DNA of 64,000 nucleotides from Gammaproteobacteria bacterium (GCA_963923955.1 OZ000552.1:2332456-2396455), one strand, 5' to 3'; positions 21,280 to 31,729 are shown, counted from the stretch's first letter. Notes: a model not told the origin generated them from the sequence alone. Program-made: numbers and translations.

Positions 21280-22206
21280 ATGGCACATAATCTAAAGGTC
21301 GTTGCGGAAACAGGCAACGGCACTGTCAAGACCTTCAACGATGCTGAGCGCATCTACTACGACGGCTACTGGATCAGGCATTATGAGGTGCCCGATACGC
21401 TGGCCTATAAAAAACGTCTTATTGAGCAGCTGGCGCGCCGCGTCTTTCACCACACCGAGAACGGCATCAATACGCCGGGCCATAAACTGGAAGAGGTTAA
21501 GCGCGCGCACGATCAGGAAAAAGACCCGGCCAGAAAGCGCGTGCTGGCGGCGATGCTGGCCGGTGCCTTGTTGAACAGGGGCGTCGATATCCTGACCAAG
21601 ATGGTGGAACTGGAGGAATTAGGCGTCCGCATTGAGGCGGATAACGAATTGCTAAAAAGTTGTGGCCGCTGTTTTATGAGCGCGCTGGAGTACGGCAGAT
21701 ATATCCGGCCAAGACACGGTGCCGAAGGGCTGGACGAGCTCTGGGGCGAGCCTTTCAAGGCCTTTACCATGCCGACAGAGCAATTTCACGAGACCCGCTA
21801 TATCAAGATTGCGCAGACCATGGGTTGCATTGATACACTGGCTGAGAAGATCTGCAAGATCTTCCATCAAGCACCCGGCTTTGGCGGCCTTTGTGAACGC
21901 ATAGAGGCCCTGGCGGATAGCTGCAAACATGTCTGCGAGACCTTGCGCAGTGATCCCGTCATGCTAGAGCTATGGCCGCGCTTTGTGTGTGCGGCGGACA
22001 GCCTGAAGGCCTTTCGGCCGCACTTCGGCGCGGATGTGAGCAGCGCACAAAGGGCGCTGGGGCGGCGCGGCAGGGAGCTGGTTCAGTCTGGCACCGCGCT
22101 CATTATCGACATGTCCAACATGCGCATCCCCTTGCCTCGAAGCACACGGGACTTCCTGCAGCGCTGCGATGAGTTCCAGAAAAAATATCAGCGCCGACTT
22201 GCATAG
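21280..22206 (+). CDS. Hypothetical protein, co-oriented 30 bp after shc
   Basis: 308-aa ORF with a plausible RBS; no recognised motif. Confidence 0.75.
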   Translation: MAHNLKVVAETGNGTVKTFNDAERIYYDGYWIRHYEVPDTLAYKKRLIEQLARRVFHHTENGINTPGHKLEEVKRAHDQEKDPARKRVLAAMLAGALLNRGVDILTKMVELEELGVRIEADNELLKSCGRCFMSALEYGRYIRPRHGAEGLDELWGEPFKAFTMPTEQFHETRYIKIAQTMGCIDTLAEKICKIFHQAPGFGGLCERIEALADSCKHVCETLRSDPVMLELWPRFVCAADSLKAFRPHFGADVSSAQRALGRRGRELVQSGTALIIDMSNMRIPLPRSTRDFLQRCDEFQKKYQRRLA

Positions 22207-22275
22207 CAAACTACTATGATTGCCAGTCCTGCTGCCCGAATTTTTCACGCCCCTTTCATTGTGAGGTAAAGCCAA

Positions 22276-24072
22276 ATGACCGCCTACTCCGCCCCCCTTA
22301 AAGATATTAACTTTGTCTTGAATGAACAAGCGGGGCTGGCGCTCACCGGGCAATTACCCGGTCTGGAAGAGGCTACGCCGGAGCTGGTTGAGGCGGTGCT
22401 GGAAGAGGCCGGACGCCTGGCCAGCGAGGTGCTGGCACCGATCAACCACCGCGGCGATCAGGTAGGCGCTGCGATCAGCGACAAGCAGGTAAGGTCGGCG
22501 CCCGGCTTTGCCGCGGCCTATCGCGCCTTTGCCGACGGCGGCTGGCCGGCCCTGCCCTTTCCCCCGGAGCGCGGCGGCCAGGGCCTGCCGGAACTGGTCT
22601 CTACTGCGGTGGGCGAGATCTGGCAATCGGCCAACATGGCCTTTTCCCTCTGCCCCATGCTGACAGAAGGCGCCGCCGTTGCGCTGGAGGTGCACGGCTC
22701 TGCGGCGCTCAAAGATGCCTATCTGCCGCAGATGATCGCCGGCACCTGGACCGGCACCATGAACCTGACCGAGTCCCAGGCCGGTTCCGACCTGGCGGCG
22801 GTGAAGACCAAGGCGACCCCGGAGGGCGATCACTATCTGCTCAGCGGCCAGAAGATCTATATCACATGGGGCGATCAGGACTTTAGCGAGAACATCATCC
22901 ACCTGGTGCTGGCCCGGCTGCCCGATGCCCCGCCGGGCATCAAGGGGCTCTCCCTGTTTCTGGTGCCCAAGTTTTTGCTGAACGCCGATGGCTCCATTGG
23001 CGAGCGCAACGATGTCTATCCGGTTTCCATTGAGCATAAACTGGGCATCCATGCCAGCCCGACCTGCGTCATGAGCTTCGGCGACAACGGCGGCGCAGTA
23101 GGCCATTTGGTGGGCGAGAAAAACAACGGCATCGCCTGCATGTTCACCATGATGAATCATGCGCGCATTGCTGTGGGCGTGGAAGGCATGAGCATCAGCG
23201 AGCGCGCCTATCAGCAGGCGCTGGATTATGCGAAGGGGCGCATCCAGGGTCGGGCACCGGGCGCGCGGGAGAAGTCCGCCATTATCCAGCATGCCGATGT
23301 GCGGCGCATGCTGATGCTGATGAAGGCCGGGACAGAGGCAATGCGCGCCTTTTGTTATGTTGCGGCCAGTTCCTTAGACCACATGCATCATGCGCCGGAC
23401 GAGCAGGCGCGCGACTTTCACCACGCGCGTTTCGCCCTGTTGACGCCGGTGGTCAAGGCCTGGTGTACGGAATTGGCGCAGGAGATGACCTACCTAGGCA
23501 TACAGATCCATGGCGGCATGGGCTTCATCGAAGAAACCGGCGCGGCGCAGCATTATCGTGATGCGCGCATTACGACCATTTACGAAGGCACCACCGGCAT
23601 CCAAGCGCAAGATCTGATCGGCAGAAAGATCCTGAAAGATAACGCCGCAGCACTTACAAGTTTTATTGTCGAACTCAAACAGACCGCGGCACAACTATCC
23701 GCGGCTGATCACGCAAGACTGGGCAGCCTGATAGACAACTACCATGCCGCTATCAAGGCGCTGGAAGATGCAAGCGATTATCTCATCGAGAACTACCAGC
23801 AAGACGCCATGTTGCCCGGTGCGGTGGCCTTTAATTTTCTCATGCTCATGGGTACGCTGTGCGGTGGCTGGCAGCTGGGCAAGGCCGCCCTGGTCTGTCT
23901 TTCTAAACTCAATGCAGATAGTGAAGATCGGGGCGATGCGGATTTTTATGCGGCCAAGATAACGGCCGCACGTTTTTATGCGGAACACATCCTGCCGAGA
24001 ACCCATAGCTATCTACACGCCATTCTCGCCGGCAGCGAGAGCATCATGGCCTTGAAAGAAGAGCAGTTTTAG
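22276..24072 (+). CDS. Acyl-CoA dehydrogenase (about 600-aa type)
   Basis: GTMNLTE.QAGSD, G.KIYIT, EHKLGIHASPT and IYEGTTGIQ motifs. Confidence 0.93.
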   Translation: MTAYSAPLKDINFVLNEQAGLALTGQLPGLEEATPELVEAVLEEAGRLASEVLAPINHRGDQVGAAISDKQVRSAPGFAAAYRAFADGGWPALPFPPERGGQGLPELVSTAVGEIWQSANMAFSLCPMLTEGAAVALEVHGSAALKDAYLPQMIAGTWTGTMNLTESQAGSDLAAVKTKATPEGDHYLLSGQKIYITWGDQDFSENIIHLVLARLPDAPPGIKGLSLFLVPKFLLNADGSIGERNDVYPVSIEHKLGIHASPTCVMSFGDNGGAVGHLVGEKNNGIACMFTMMNHARIAVGVEGMSISERAYQQALDYAKGRIQGRAPGAREKSAIIQHADVRRMLMLMKAGTEAMRAFCYVAASSLDHMHHAPDEQARDFHHARFALLTPVVKAWCTELAQEMTYLGIQIHGGMGFIEETGAAQHYRDARITTIYEGTTGIQAQDLIGRKILKDNAAALTSFIVELKQTAAQLSAADHARLGSLIDNYHAAIKALEDASDYLIENYQQDAMLPGAVAFNFLMLMGTLCGGWQLGKAALVCLSKLNADSEDRGDADFYAAKITAARFYAEHILPRTHSYLHAILAGSESIMALKEEQF

Positions 24073-24187
24073 GCTTTCAATTAACTGTCCAGTTCATTTC
24101 GTTCTTGCGCCGCTTAGTCAGGTTTTTGCTTATCAATGCAGCACTGCTTTCATCCGAACTTCCTTAACCAAACAAAGAGGAGAATAA

Positions 24188-24283
24188 ATGAGCACCGGCT
24201 TTGTTTATCATGGGCTGTATATGTGGCACAACACTGGGAATTTCGCCGCTGTCATGCCCTATGGCAATCCGGTGCAACCCTAG
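24188..24283 (+). pseudogene. 31-codon N-terminal stub of a class II histone deacetylase-like amidohydrolase
   Basis: MSTGFVYHGLYMWHNTGNFAAVMPYGNPVQP* after a GAGGAG SD; resembles the N-terminus of bacterial HDAH enzymes (recognised by eye). Confidence 0.6.
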
Positions 24284-24350
24284 AATTAGTCAGGCAAGTT
24301 AATTAAAAAATTCTTAAATAAATTAAGACTTCCCCAAGCGGACAAAACGA

Positions 24351-24728
24351 ATGAGCGCAAGCGATGAAATGCAGACAGCCCGTGCAGTCATTGAAGAGTA
24401 TGTCGATGCCTGTAGCGCGGGCAGTGTGGAAAGGCTACGGGCGATCTTTCACGAGCAGGCCCTGATGTCCGGCTACATGGGCGGCGAATACATGATGGGC
24501 TCGCCTGAACCCTTCTTTCAGATTGTAGCGCACCCGCCTGAGGGGGGTGCGGTGGACAAAGACTATCATGGCGAGATCAGCGCAGTAGCGCTCTCCGGCC
24601 CGGTTGCCAGCGTCACCTTAAAAGAAAGCGGATTCATGGGCATGAACTTTACCGACTACTTCCACCTCGCCAGAATCAATGACAGGTGGCTGATCATCAG
24701 CAAGACCTTTAATCCTGAAACAGATTAG
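24351..24728 (+). CDS. NTF2/SnoaL-like (lumazine-binding-like) protein
   Basis: LRAIFH..A, FTDYFHL and W.IISK pattern. Confidence 0.8.
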   Translation: MSASDEMQTARAVIEEYVDACSAGSVERLRAIFHEQALMSGYMGGEYMMGSPEPFFQIVAHPPEGGAVDKDYHGEISAVALSGPVASVTLKESGFMGMNFTDYFHLARINDRWLIISKTFNPETD

Positions 24729-24763
24729 TTCAGCAGCAGCTCATTTAAGTATAATGATCTGCC

Positions 24764-26230
24764 ATGGCAAGCAACAGAATCTCCAGCGCCGTCATCCTGA
24801 CTCGTGGCGAAGGGCAGGGACTGCAAGTCTATCTGGTCAAGCGCTCGCCCAAGTTACGTTTCTTCGGCGGCTATTGGGCCTTTCCCGGCGGCAACATTGA
24901 TCCCATTGATTATCATGGAGACGACAATGTCGAGCGCGCCCTGAAACGCTGTGCCATTCGCGAGCTTTTAGAAGAGCTTAACCTGCTCTCTACAACATTG
25001 GGCAGAGAAATCAGCGCTGCGCAAAAGGAAACATACAAAGGCTGGATAGCGCAGCAACCGGAAAGGTGGCAGGATCTTATCAGCGGGGCGGAAGAGCGTA
25101 TGGATGCCGTGTGCAAATTGATCACGCCGCCCTTTATGCCGCTGCGCTATGAGACGCAGTTTATGCAGCTTGAAGTGCCGCAGCATGAGACGCCGGTCGT
25201 TGATAAGCAGGAACTGACTGACGGCCGTTTTATAAAACCGCAGGATGCTGTGGAGGCCTGGGAGCAGGGTGAGTTGGACATCGCACCGCCGGTGTTGATG
25301 CTGCTGCGCCTGCTCAGCGAGGGCGATATCAATACCTTCAAGACCCGGGCGCGGCAGATGACGCAGGGCTTTGCAAGCGGTGCCTTGCATCCGGTGTTCT
25401 TCTCGCCCGGCATATTCACCGCAGCGCTCAAGACGCCCACCCTGCCGCCTGCCACCACGACCAACACCTTCATCGTTGGCAATCGGCAACTCTACCTTAT
25501 CGATCCGGCCACGCCGGATCGACAAGAGCAGCAGCGGCTGTTTGACAAGATGGATGAGTTCATTGCCGCAGGCAAAAACTTTGAGTCGATCCTGCTGACC
25601 CATCATCACGCCGATCATGTTGGGGCAGTGGAGGCAAGCAGCCAGCGCTATCAATTAGCAGTACGCGCGCATCCGCTGTGCTACGAACGCATCCGTGGTG
25701 ATTTCATCCGCGGTGCGGCCATCCATGATGGCGATACGCTGAACCTGGGGACTGCGCCTGATGGTACGGCTGACTGGCAGTTGCTGGCGCTACATACGCC
25801 CGGGCATGCCGTTGATCATCTGTGTTTTATGGAAAATCGCTACCATGCGCTGATTGCAGGCGATATGCTGTCCACCGTTTCAAGCATCCTGATCGACCCC
25901 CCGGAAGGGCACCTGCGCACTTACTTGGATAGCCTGAAAAAATTATTGCAGCATCCGGTCAAGACACTGCACCCGGCGCACGGGCAGGCACATCGGGACG
26001 GCCATGCCCTGATCAATCGCTATCTAGAGCATCGGCAGGACCGGGAAGAGAAGATCATTGCCGCCATCTCGGCAACACCGCAATCGCTTGATGCGCTCTT
26101 AGCCATAGTCTATGCAGATGTGGCCGCGCCGGCATTAGACCTTGCTGCCCGCTCACTATTGGCGGGCCTGATCAAGTTAGCAGAAGACGGCGTGTGCGAA
26201 CAGACAGAGCAAGGCTGGCGCTTAGCTTAA
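24764..26230 (+). CDS. NUDIX hydrolase / metallo-beta-lactamase fusion protein
   Basis: AFPGG...AIRELLEE Nudix box; THHHADH, TPGH, AGD and PAHG MBL motifs. Confidence 0.85.
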   Translation: MASNRISSAVILTRGEGQGLQVYLVKRSPKLRFFGGYWAFPGGNIDPIDYHGDDNVERALKRCAIRELLEELNLLSTTLGREISAAQKETYKGWIAQQPERWQDLISGAEERMDAVCKLITPPFMPLRYETQFMQLEVPQHETPVVDKQELTDGRFIKPQDAVEAWEQGELDIAPPVLMLLRLLSEGDINTFKTRARQMTQGFASGALHPVFFSPGIFTAALKTPTLPPATTTNTFIVGNRQLYLIDPATPDRQEQQRLFDKMDEFIAAGKNFESILLTHHHADHVGAVEASSQRYQLAVRAHPLCYERIRGDFIRGAAIHDGDTLNLGTAPDGTADWQLLALHTPGHAVDHLCFMENRYHALIAGDMLSTVSSILIDPPEGHLRTYLDSLKKLLQHPVKTLHPAHGQAHRDGHALINRYLEHRQDREEKIIAAISATPQSLDALLAIVYADVAAPALDLAARSLLAGLIKLAEDGVCEQTEQGWRLA

Positions 26231-26246
26231 AAAAGCTGCGATTAAA

Positions 26247-27839
26247 TCAGGGCTTGCCTAAAAGCTTTTGCGCGACAAGAAAGCCTGAACCGCCTCCTAA
26301 GCCGGGGCCGGGATGGGTGGAGGCGCCGATGTGATAGAGACTCTTAAGCGGGGTGTTGTGGTTGGTCACGCCGGCCAAGGGCCGCCATAACAGGAATTGA
26401 TCCATCGTACAGGCGCCCGCATAAGGGTCACCGCTTACCAGGTTGATATTCAGCGCTTCGAGATCGACCGGCGATAGCACCACTCGCTTTAGAATAGCCT
26501 GCTCTAGATTCGGAATGTGTCTGGCAATGCGTGCAATGACTCGATCAGCATAGGCCTCTCGCACCTGCTCGCTCCACTTGCCATCCTCCGGCACGGCAAT
26601 CTCCCCGGCCGCATCGCCCTTGATGACGGCGGGCAGTTCCTGTAGCTGGATCCATAACAGGCCCTTCCCCGCCGGCACCCGCGACGGATCCAGGCTGGCC
26701 GGCTGGCCGACCACGATCGTTGCCTGCTCCGGCAGCAGGCCGCATTCCGCTTGATTGACCGCCCTGGCGACACCATCCATATCCGAGGTCAGGTGTACCA
26801 ATGCAACCTCTGCCAACTCCGGCCTCGCCCACGGCGCAGGTTCACTGAGCGCAAGGTGGATCTGCATCCCCGCCTTGCCATATTGAAAGGCCGCCGCCTG
26901 GCCTGCTATGTGGGCCGGCACATCCGCAGCAGGCGACAGGCGTTGGTAAAGTTGAGTCGGCGTGACGCTGCAGATCACGGCCTCATCAGCAAGAAATTCA
27001 GCGCCGTCCGCCGTAACGACACCATAGGCCCTGCCGTTCTTCGTCAGGATCTTCTCCACATCTGCCTCGACCCGTAATTCGCCGCCTTGAGACACAATAA
27101 ACTGCGCAAAGGCGCGGACAATATTATCGCTGCCTCCCTTGACCACCGGGCAGCCGGCCGTCTCCAGGGTATAAGCGATCACGCGCGCCATGTGCCCGGA
27201 GCCGGGCGCATCCGGCCCGAGGCCGGCGTGGGTCGGCCAGGGCGCCAGGCAGGCCCGAATCAGATCCGATCTAAAAGTGCGCCCCAGCCAGTTTCGAGCC
27301 GATTGCAGGGCATAGCCAAAGAATTGCACGAGATACCTAGGGCCGCGCTTTATCAAGGCGGCCAGCAGCACCCTGGCCGTGGCCCAAGTCCAAAGTTCAT
27401 TGCCCAGCAGGGTGAAGGTGAGATCGAGGGACTGTTCAAATTCGCGCATCGCCGCAGCATAGCGCTCGCCATCACCGGCGCAATGCGCATTCATGGCCTT
27501 GATGTTCTCCGCGCGCGAGCGTGTAAGAATAAAATAATCATTATCTGCATTAACAACGGCAGTGGGGGAATGGGAATTACAATATTCCAGGCCAAACTTT
27601 TCCAGGTCATCCTTCAGCAGCGCATAGGCGGGCGAGCTGACAAAGAGCGGATGCCAGCTGGATAAGACATCGTGTATGTAGCCGGGCAGAGTAAGTTCTT
27701 CGGTACGGATGCAACCGCCCAGGCGATCATTTCTCTCCAGGACGAGGACGCGCTTGCCTCCTTTGGCCAGCATGGCCGCGCAGACCAAGGCGTTAATGCC
27801 ACTGCCGACGATGACACAGGCATACTTATCGGACTTCAT
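26247..27839 (-). CDS. Phytoene-desaturase-like FAD-dependent oxidoreductase
   Basis: VGSGINAL dinucleotide fold; C-terminal GASTHPGPGLGG. Confidence 0.85.
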   Translation of the reverse strand: MKSDKYACVIVGSGINALVCAAMLAKGGKRVLVLERNDRLGGCIRTEELTLPGYIHDVLSSWHPLFVSSPAYALLKDDLEKFGLEYCNSHSPTAVVNADNDYFILTRSRAENIKAMNAHCAGDGERYAAAMREFEQSLDLTFTLLGNELWTWATARVLLAALIKRGPRYLVQFFGYALQSARNWLGRTFRSDLIRACLAPWPTHAGLGPDAPGSGHMARVIAYTLETAGCPVVKGGSDNIVRAFAQFIVSQGGELRVEADVEKILTKNGRAYGVVTADGAEFLADEAVICSVTPTQLYQRLSPAADVPAHIAGQAAAFQYGKAGMQIHLALSEPAPWARPELAEVALVHLTSDMDGVARAVNQAECGLLPEQATIVVGQPASLDPSRVPAGKGLLWIQLQELPAVIKGDAAGEIAVPEDGKWSEQVREAYADRVIARIARHIPNLEQAILKRVVLSPVDLEALNINLVSGDPYAGACTMDQFLLWRPLAGVTNHNTPLKSLYHIGASTHPGPGLGGGSGFLVAQKLLGKP

Positions 27840-28357
27840 TTTAGCGGCTCCCCGGTGACGGTGTATTGGCCCTTGTGAAAGATCAAACAGGTGCGATCCG
27901 TATCGGCAAACTCCAGCACCTCGCCGACAAAGATAAGGTGATCGCCGCCATCATACCTATATTTCCTGTGACATTGAAAATAAGCCGCACAGTCTGACAG
28001 TATGGGGACGCCGCCAATGCCGGGGGTATAAGCAAGACCCGCAAAGGCATCGCCCTCGATCCGTTTGGCAAAATGCCTGGAGAGTGCTATCTGATCATAG
28101 GCCAGCAGATTGACGATAAAATAATCCGCTTGTTCAAAGGCGGAAAAATTATGGGTGTCTCTGGCAAGGCTCCATAAAACCAGGGGCGGCGCCATGGAAA
28201 CGGAATTGAAACTGTTGACAGTAATGCCGACATGCTCCCCGGATGGCGCATTCACCGTCACCACGGTCACGCCGGTTGCAAAATGGCCCAGGGCCTGCCT
28301 GAAGGCACCGATATCGAAGCGGTCATTGTTATGGTTAGAGATTGCAGTCATTGGCAC
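27836..28357 (-). CDS. Flavin reductase family protein
   Basis: FRQALGHFATGVTVVT, SVSMAPPLVLW and GGDHLIFVGEV motifs. Confidence 0.92.
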   Translation of the reverse strand: MPMTAISNHNNDRFDIGAFRQALGHFATGVTVVTVNAPSGEHVGITVNSFNSVSMAPPLVLWSLARDTHNFSAFEQADYFIVNLLAYDQIALSRHFAKRIEGDAFAGLAYTPGIGGVPILSDCAAYFQCHRKYRYDGGDHLIFVGEVLEFADTDRTCLIFHKGQYTVTGEPLK

Positions 28358-28513
28358 AGGATTTTAATTGCTCGCTCAAGATAAAGCATAGACGCAGCAG
28401 ACAAAAATGAGAGCTTGGCAATTTCATGAAACCCGGCTGCTATTGACTATATGCGTCCCGGGGAAGAACCTGCCGTTTCAGTGAACGGCACTTTACGATT
28501 TTGCTCATATCCA

Positions 28514-31500
28514 CTAATCCATCCAGTCAATCTGATCAATCTCCTGCATTATTCTTTCTGTTTCCGTCAGGGCAACGATAATTTTCTGGTAATGAAAAAT
28601 GTCATGGTGATCCAGTGTCCGTCCCTTGCGATCTTTTAGCCATTTCTGCGCTGGTTGGTAGCCGCCGATATAAAACTCCCAGGCCGATTTCGGCACACCG
28701 TCGAAGTATTGATCATCATTGATCCAGACGCGGCCGATTTCCTTTTTATGATCAGTGAGTTTGTAATCACCTTTGCCGATAGAACGGGTGATCTTGTTGT
28801 CACCAGCGGCCGGATAGCGGGTAATGAAATGATCGACTTTTTCGCTTTCCAGCAAATGCAGTTGCCGTAATTCACTACCCAAGGTCACCAGTTGCCAAAA
28901 GGTTTTTGCATCCTTTGGATACGGTACACGGGGAAAGTCGATCTTGAGAAATTCCTTGTAGGTGTCGCGGTATTCGGGGCTGTGCAATACGGCATAGATG
29001 TAGTCCAACAGGTCCAGCGGTGCAAAGGCACTCTCGGATTCTTCCTTTTCATGGGTGAAAGTTAAACCCATTTTCTCGGCAATCTCAGCGACGATGTCTT
29101 TGTCGAGATTAGGCTTCTTTTCTATGTATTGCCCAGAGTTTTTCTCTTTCACTTTTTCGAGGTAAAGGTAGAGGGGTGCTATATAGTCTCCACCTTGCAT
29201 GCCCGGTCTAGACCAACTTCTAAAGTCAATAATATGTTTAGACACCATAGCAGGGACAGATTTCTCTTCTGCATTTCCAACTTTAAACACCAACCCCACA
29301 TTCTCGCCTTCCAGGAAGTGCTGCATGACTTTTCTGGCTGTACGCCAAACTAGCTTATCCTCATAAAAAATATACTTGTTATCAAACGGTCTATATGAGA
29401 CAGGAAATATATATTTTGACAGATCAACTTCATATTTAATATTTTTATAACCATCTAAAATATCCCAGCCTGTCTTTTTCCTCACATTAAATTCTTTGTG
29501 CAGATGATCTGCATCTCCAGAAGAGTTCTGAAATTTTTTATAAAAAGACAATAATTCTTCTTTATTATCCTTAATCACAAAATCATCGTGTGCCGTTGTC
29601 ATGCCGACACCATGAGTTTGAAACAAGTCTTTTACAGAAAATCCCTCTTTGTACTTTTCTTCAGCTGAAAAATCCTTCGGCATAAAGAAATATAAAGGCT
29701 CAGGCAGTTGCAGCTTGTTGAACTTTATCGTTTCCAGCTCGTGTTCCCATAGATACGTATATTTGGCTTCTCGGGTGCCATAGAGATCATAGTGATAAAC
29801 CGCAGCCAGTTTTTGTTTGTCGGTATTGTTTGTTTTTATAAAGATGTTGATCGATACGCCTTGTTGTATATCGAAGACATTTTTGTCCGGCGAGCCGTCC
29901 GGGCAGGTCTCTTTCTTTTTGCTGTTGCCGTGCAGGTCAATGATATAGATCTTGTCGAAGGCGCTCAATAAACGCCAGCGCATACCGCGAAAGGTTGGGT
30001 TGTCGAGAAAGCTGTGATTATTGATGTAGGCCAATACGCCTTCCCCGTTTTTCTCGATAAAATGTTGCCCGTAGCGGATAAATTTTACATAGTCGTCATT
30101 CAGCCATTTGGATTTCCTCTCCTGCAACTTGCGGCCTTCCGGCTCCTGCTTGTAGTCCTTTAACAAGGCTTCAATCCACTCGCCTTTGTTGGATGAATGG
30201 CCGCTGTAGGGCGGGTTGCCCAACACCACCATCACCGGCGCATCGCGTTTGATGTGATTGGCCTCGCTGGCCTCCTGCGCCAGCCAAGCGGCAAAGGGGA
30301 TGCCTTGAATCGGGTGCGGTTCTTCCAGAGAATTGGCAAGGAAGACCCGCAGGCGTTGTTGCGTAGCCGTGTGCGCTTGATAGCCGCTTTCCGTCAGCAA
30401 CATTTCCAGTTTCAGATGCGCCATGGCATAGGGCGCCATGAGCAGTTCAAAGCCGTGTAATCTTGGAATAAGATCACGGTTGACATAATCGTTCCAGACG
30501 CCCTGCTGGCCTTTGAATTTTTCATGGATCTGTTTGATGACTTCCGCTAAGAAGGTTCCTGTGCCGGTGGCCGGGTCGAGAATTTGCACTCTATGTACCT
30601 GTCGTTCCATTTCCTGATCCTCGCTCTTGGTGTGCGCGTCTTTCTTGTCGGTCTTGATCTTGATCGTGGTCTGGCTGGTATCGGCCAGGCCGTCCTTGAT
30701 GGCGAACTCCGTTTTCAGGATGTCATCAACAGCACGCACGATAAAATTCACCACCGGTTCCGGCGTGTACCAGACGCCGCGGCTCTTGCGTAGCTTTGGG
30801 TCGTATGCGGCCAGAAATGTCTCATAGAAATGCAGGAAGGGATCATTGCGCTGTGTGGTTTTACCGAAATTTTTCATCAAGGCGGCGACGTCTGTGGCGC
30901 GGAAGAGATCGGCCAGGGCATCCACCAGCCAGTCGATACGCGGATCCAGATCATAACCGGCGATGTATTGGAATAGCTTGCGCAGGAAGGGATTGGTCTT
31001 CGGGATCAATTCCGCCGCCTCCTGACGGGAAAAATCCTCCGGCGTAGGGTCATGCAGGCGCGCGGCAAACATGCCATAGGCAATCGTCTGCGCATAGACA
31101 GCGGCGAATTCCTCCGGCGTCATATCCGGGATCAATATTTCACGAAAGGCTTTAAGTTGCTGTTGCAATGTGCTGTCGGCTGCATGGCTTTCATCGGCCG
31201 TCAGGGCCGCGCCCAGTACATTCGCCATCAAGCGCGCCTTGCCGGCCATCATTTCTGCCAGCTGAGCGGATGAGGTGATCGTCTGGCCGCGGAAAGCGGC
31301 AAAGTTTGTAATTAGATCCTGAAAAGGTTTGAAGTTGTCCGGCAGAGGCTGGATGTTTTTATCATCTGCTGCGCCGATGCTGACAGCTGCGACCTGCTCT
31401 CCGTTGCGATAGAAACAGAAAGTGAGATAATTGGTGATAATCAGGTTTGGTAACGATTCACGATAACGATCAAACTGCTCTTTGTAGAGCGTGTTATCGA

Positions 31501-31729
31501 GCGGCCGGCCCAGATCCTTGGCTTCAATATAACCTATAGGAACACCCCTTTGCGTAAGAATATAATCCGGCGCGCCACAGTCGATACGCGCGGGTTCATT
31601 AGTCACCAGAATACTCGGTAATAATTTTTCCAGCAGGTTTTGGAGGTCGCCGCGATAGGAATGCTCACGGGAAATACCCGTCTTATAGCGCTTGCTGATT
31701 TCAGCAAGATATTCCTGGATCTCTTGCAT
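28514..31729 (-). CDS. Single-polypeptide restriction-modification enzyme (nuclease + N6-adenine MTase + specificity domain; Type IIG/ISP-like)
   Basis: PD..EAK nuclease motif (GAPDY...YIEAKD), ILDPATGTGTF motif I, GNPPY motif IV, and a conserved C-terminus IGGYQPAQKWLKDRK. Confidence 0.88.
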   Translation of the reverse strand: MQEIQEYLAEISKRYKTGISREHSYRGDLQNLLEKLLPSILVTNEPARIDCGAPDYILTQRGVPIGYIEAKDLGRPLDNTLYKEQFDRYRESLPNLIITNYLTFCFYRNGEQVAAVSIGAADDKNIQPLPDNFKPFQDLITNFAAFRGQTITSSAQLAEMMAGKARLMANVLGAALTADESHAADSTLQQQLKAFREILIPDMTPEEFAAVYAQTIAYGMFAARLHDPTPEDFSRQEAAELIPKTNPFLRKLFQYIAGYDLDPRIDWLVDALADLFRATDVAALMKNFGKTTQRNDPFLHFYETFLAAYDPKLRKSRGVWYTPEPVVNFIVRAVDDILKTEFAIKDGLADTSQTTIKIKTDKKDAHTKSEDQEMERQVHRVQILDPATGTGTFLAEVIKQIHEKFKGQQGVWNDYVNRDLIPRLHGFELLMAPYAMAHLKLEMLLTESGYQAHTATQQRLRVFLANSLEEPHPIQGIPFAAWLAQEASEANHIKRDAPVMVVLGNPPYSGHSSNKGEWIEALLKDYKQEPEGRKLQERKSKWLNDDYVKFIRYGQHFIEKNGEGVLAYINNHSFLDNPTFRGMRWRLLSAFDKIYIIDLHGNSKKKETCPDGSPDKNVFDIQQGVSINIFIKTNNTDKQKLAAVYHYDLYGTREAKYTYLWEHELETIKFNKLQLPEPLYFFMPKDFSAEEKYKEGFSVKDLFQTHGVGMTTAHDDFVIKDNKEELLSFYKKFQNSSGDADHLHKEFNVRKKTGWDILDGYKNIKYEVDLSKYIFPVSYRPFDNKYIFYEDKLVWRTARKVMQHFLEGENVGLVFKVGNAEEKSVPAMVSKHIIDFRSWSRPGMQGGDYIAPLYLYLEKVKEKNSGQYIEKKPNLDKDIVAEIAEKMGLTFTHEKEESESAFAPLDLLDYIYAVLHSPEYRDTYKEFLKIDFPRVPYPKDAKTFWQLVTLGSELRQLHLLESEKVDHFITRYPAAGDNKITRSIGKGDYKLTDHKKEIGRVWINDDQYFDGVPKSAWEFYIGGYQPAQKWLKDRKGRTLDHHDIFHYQKIIVALTETERIMQEIDQIDWMD

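Noticed and set aside
22354-23292. 312-aa antisense ORF within the acyl-CoA dehydrogenase (likewise 54587-55525 opposite ald)
   Set aside because: Shadow ORFs expected from GC-rich codon bias; no recognisable motifs.
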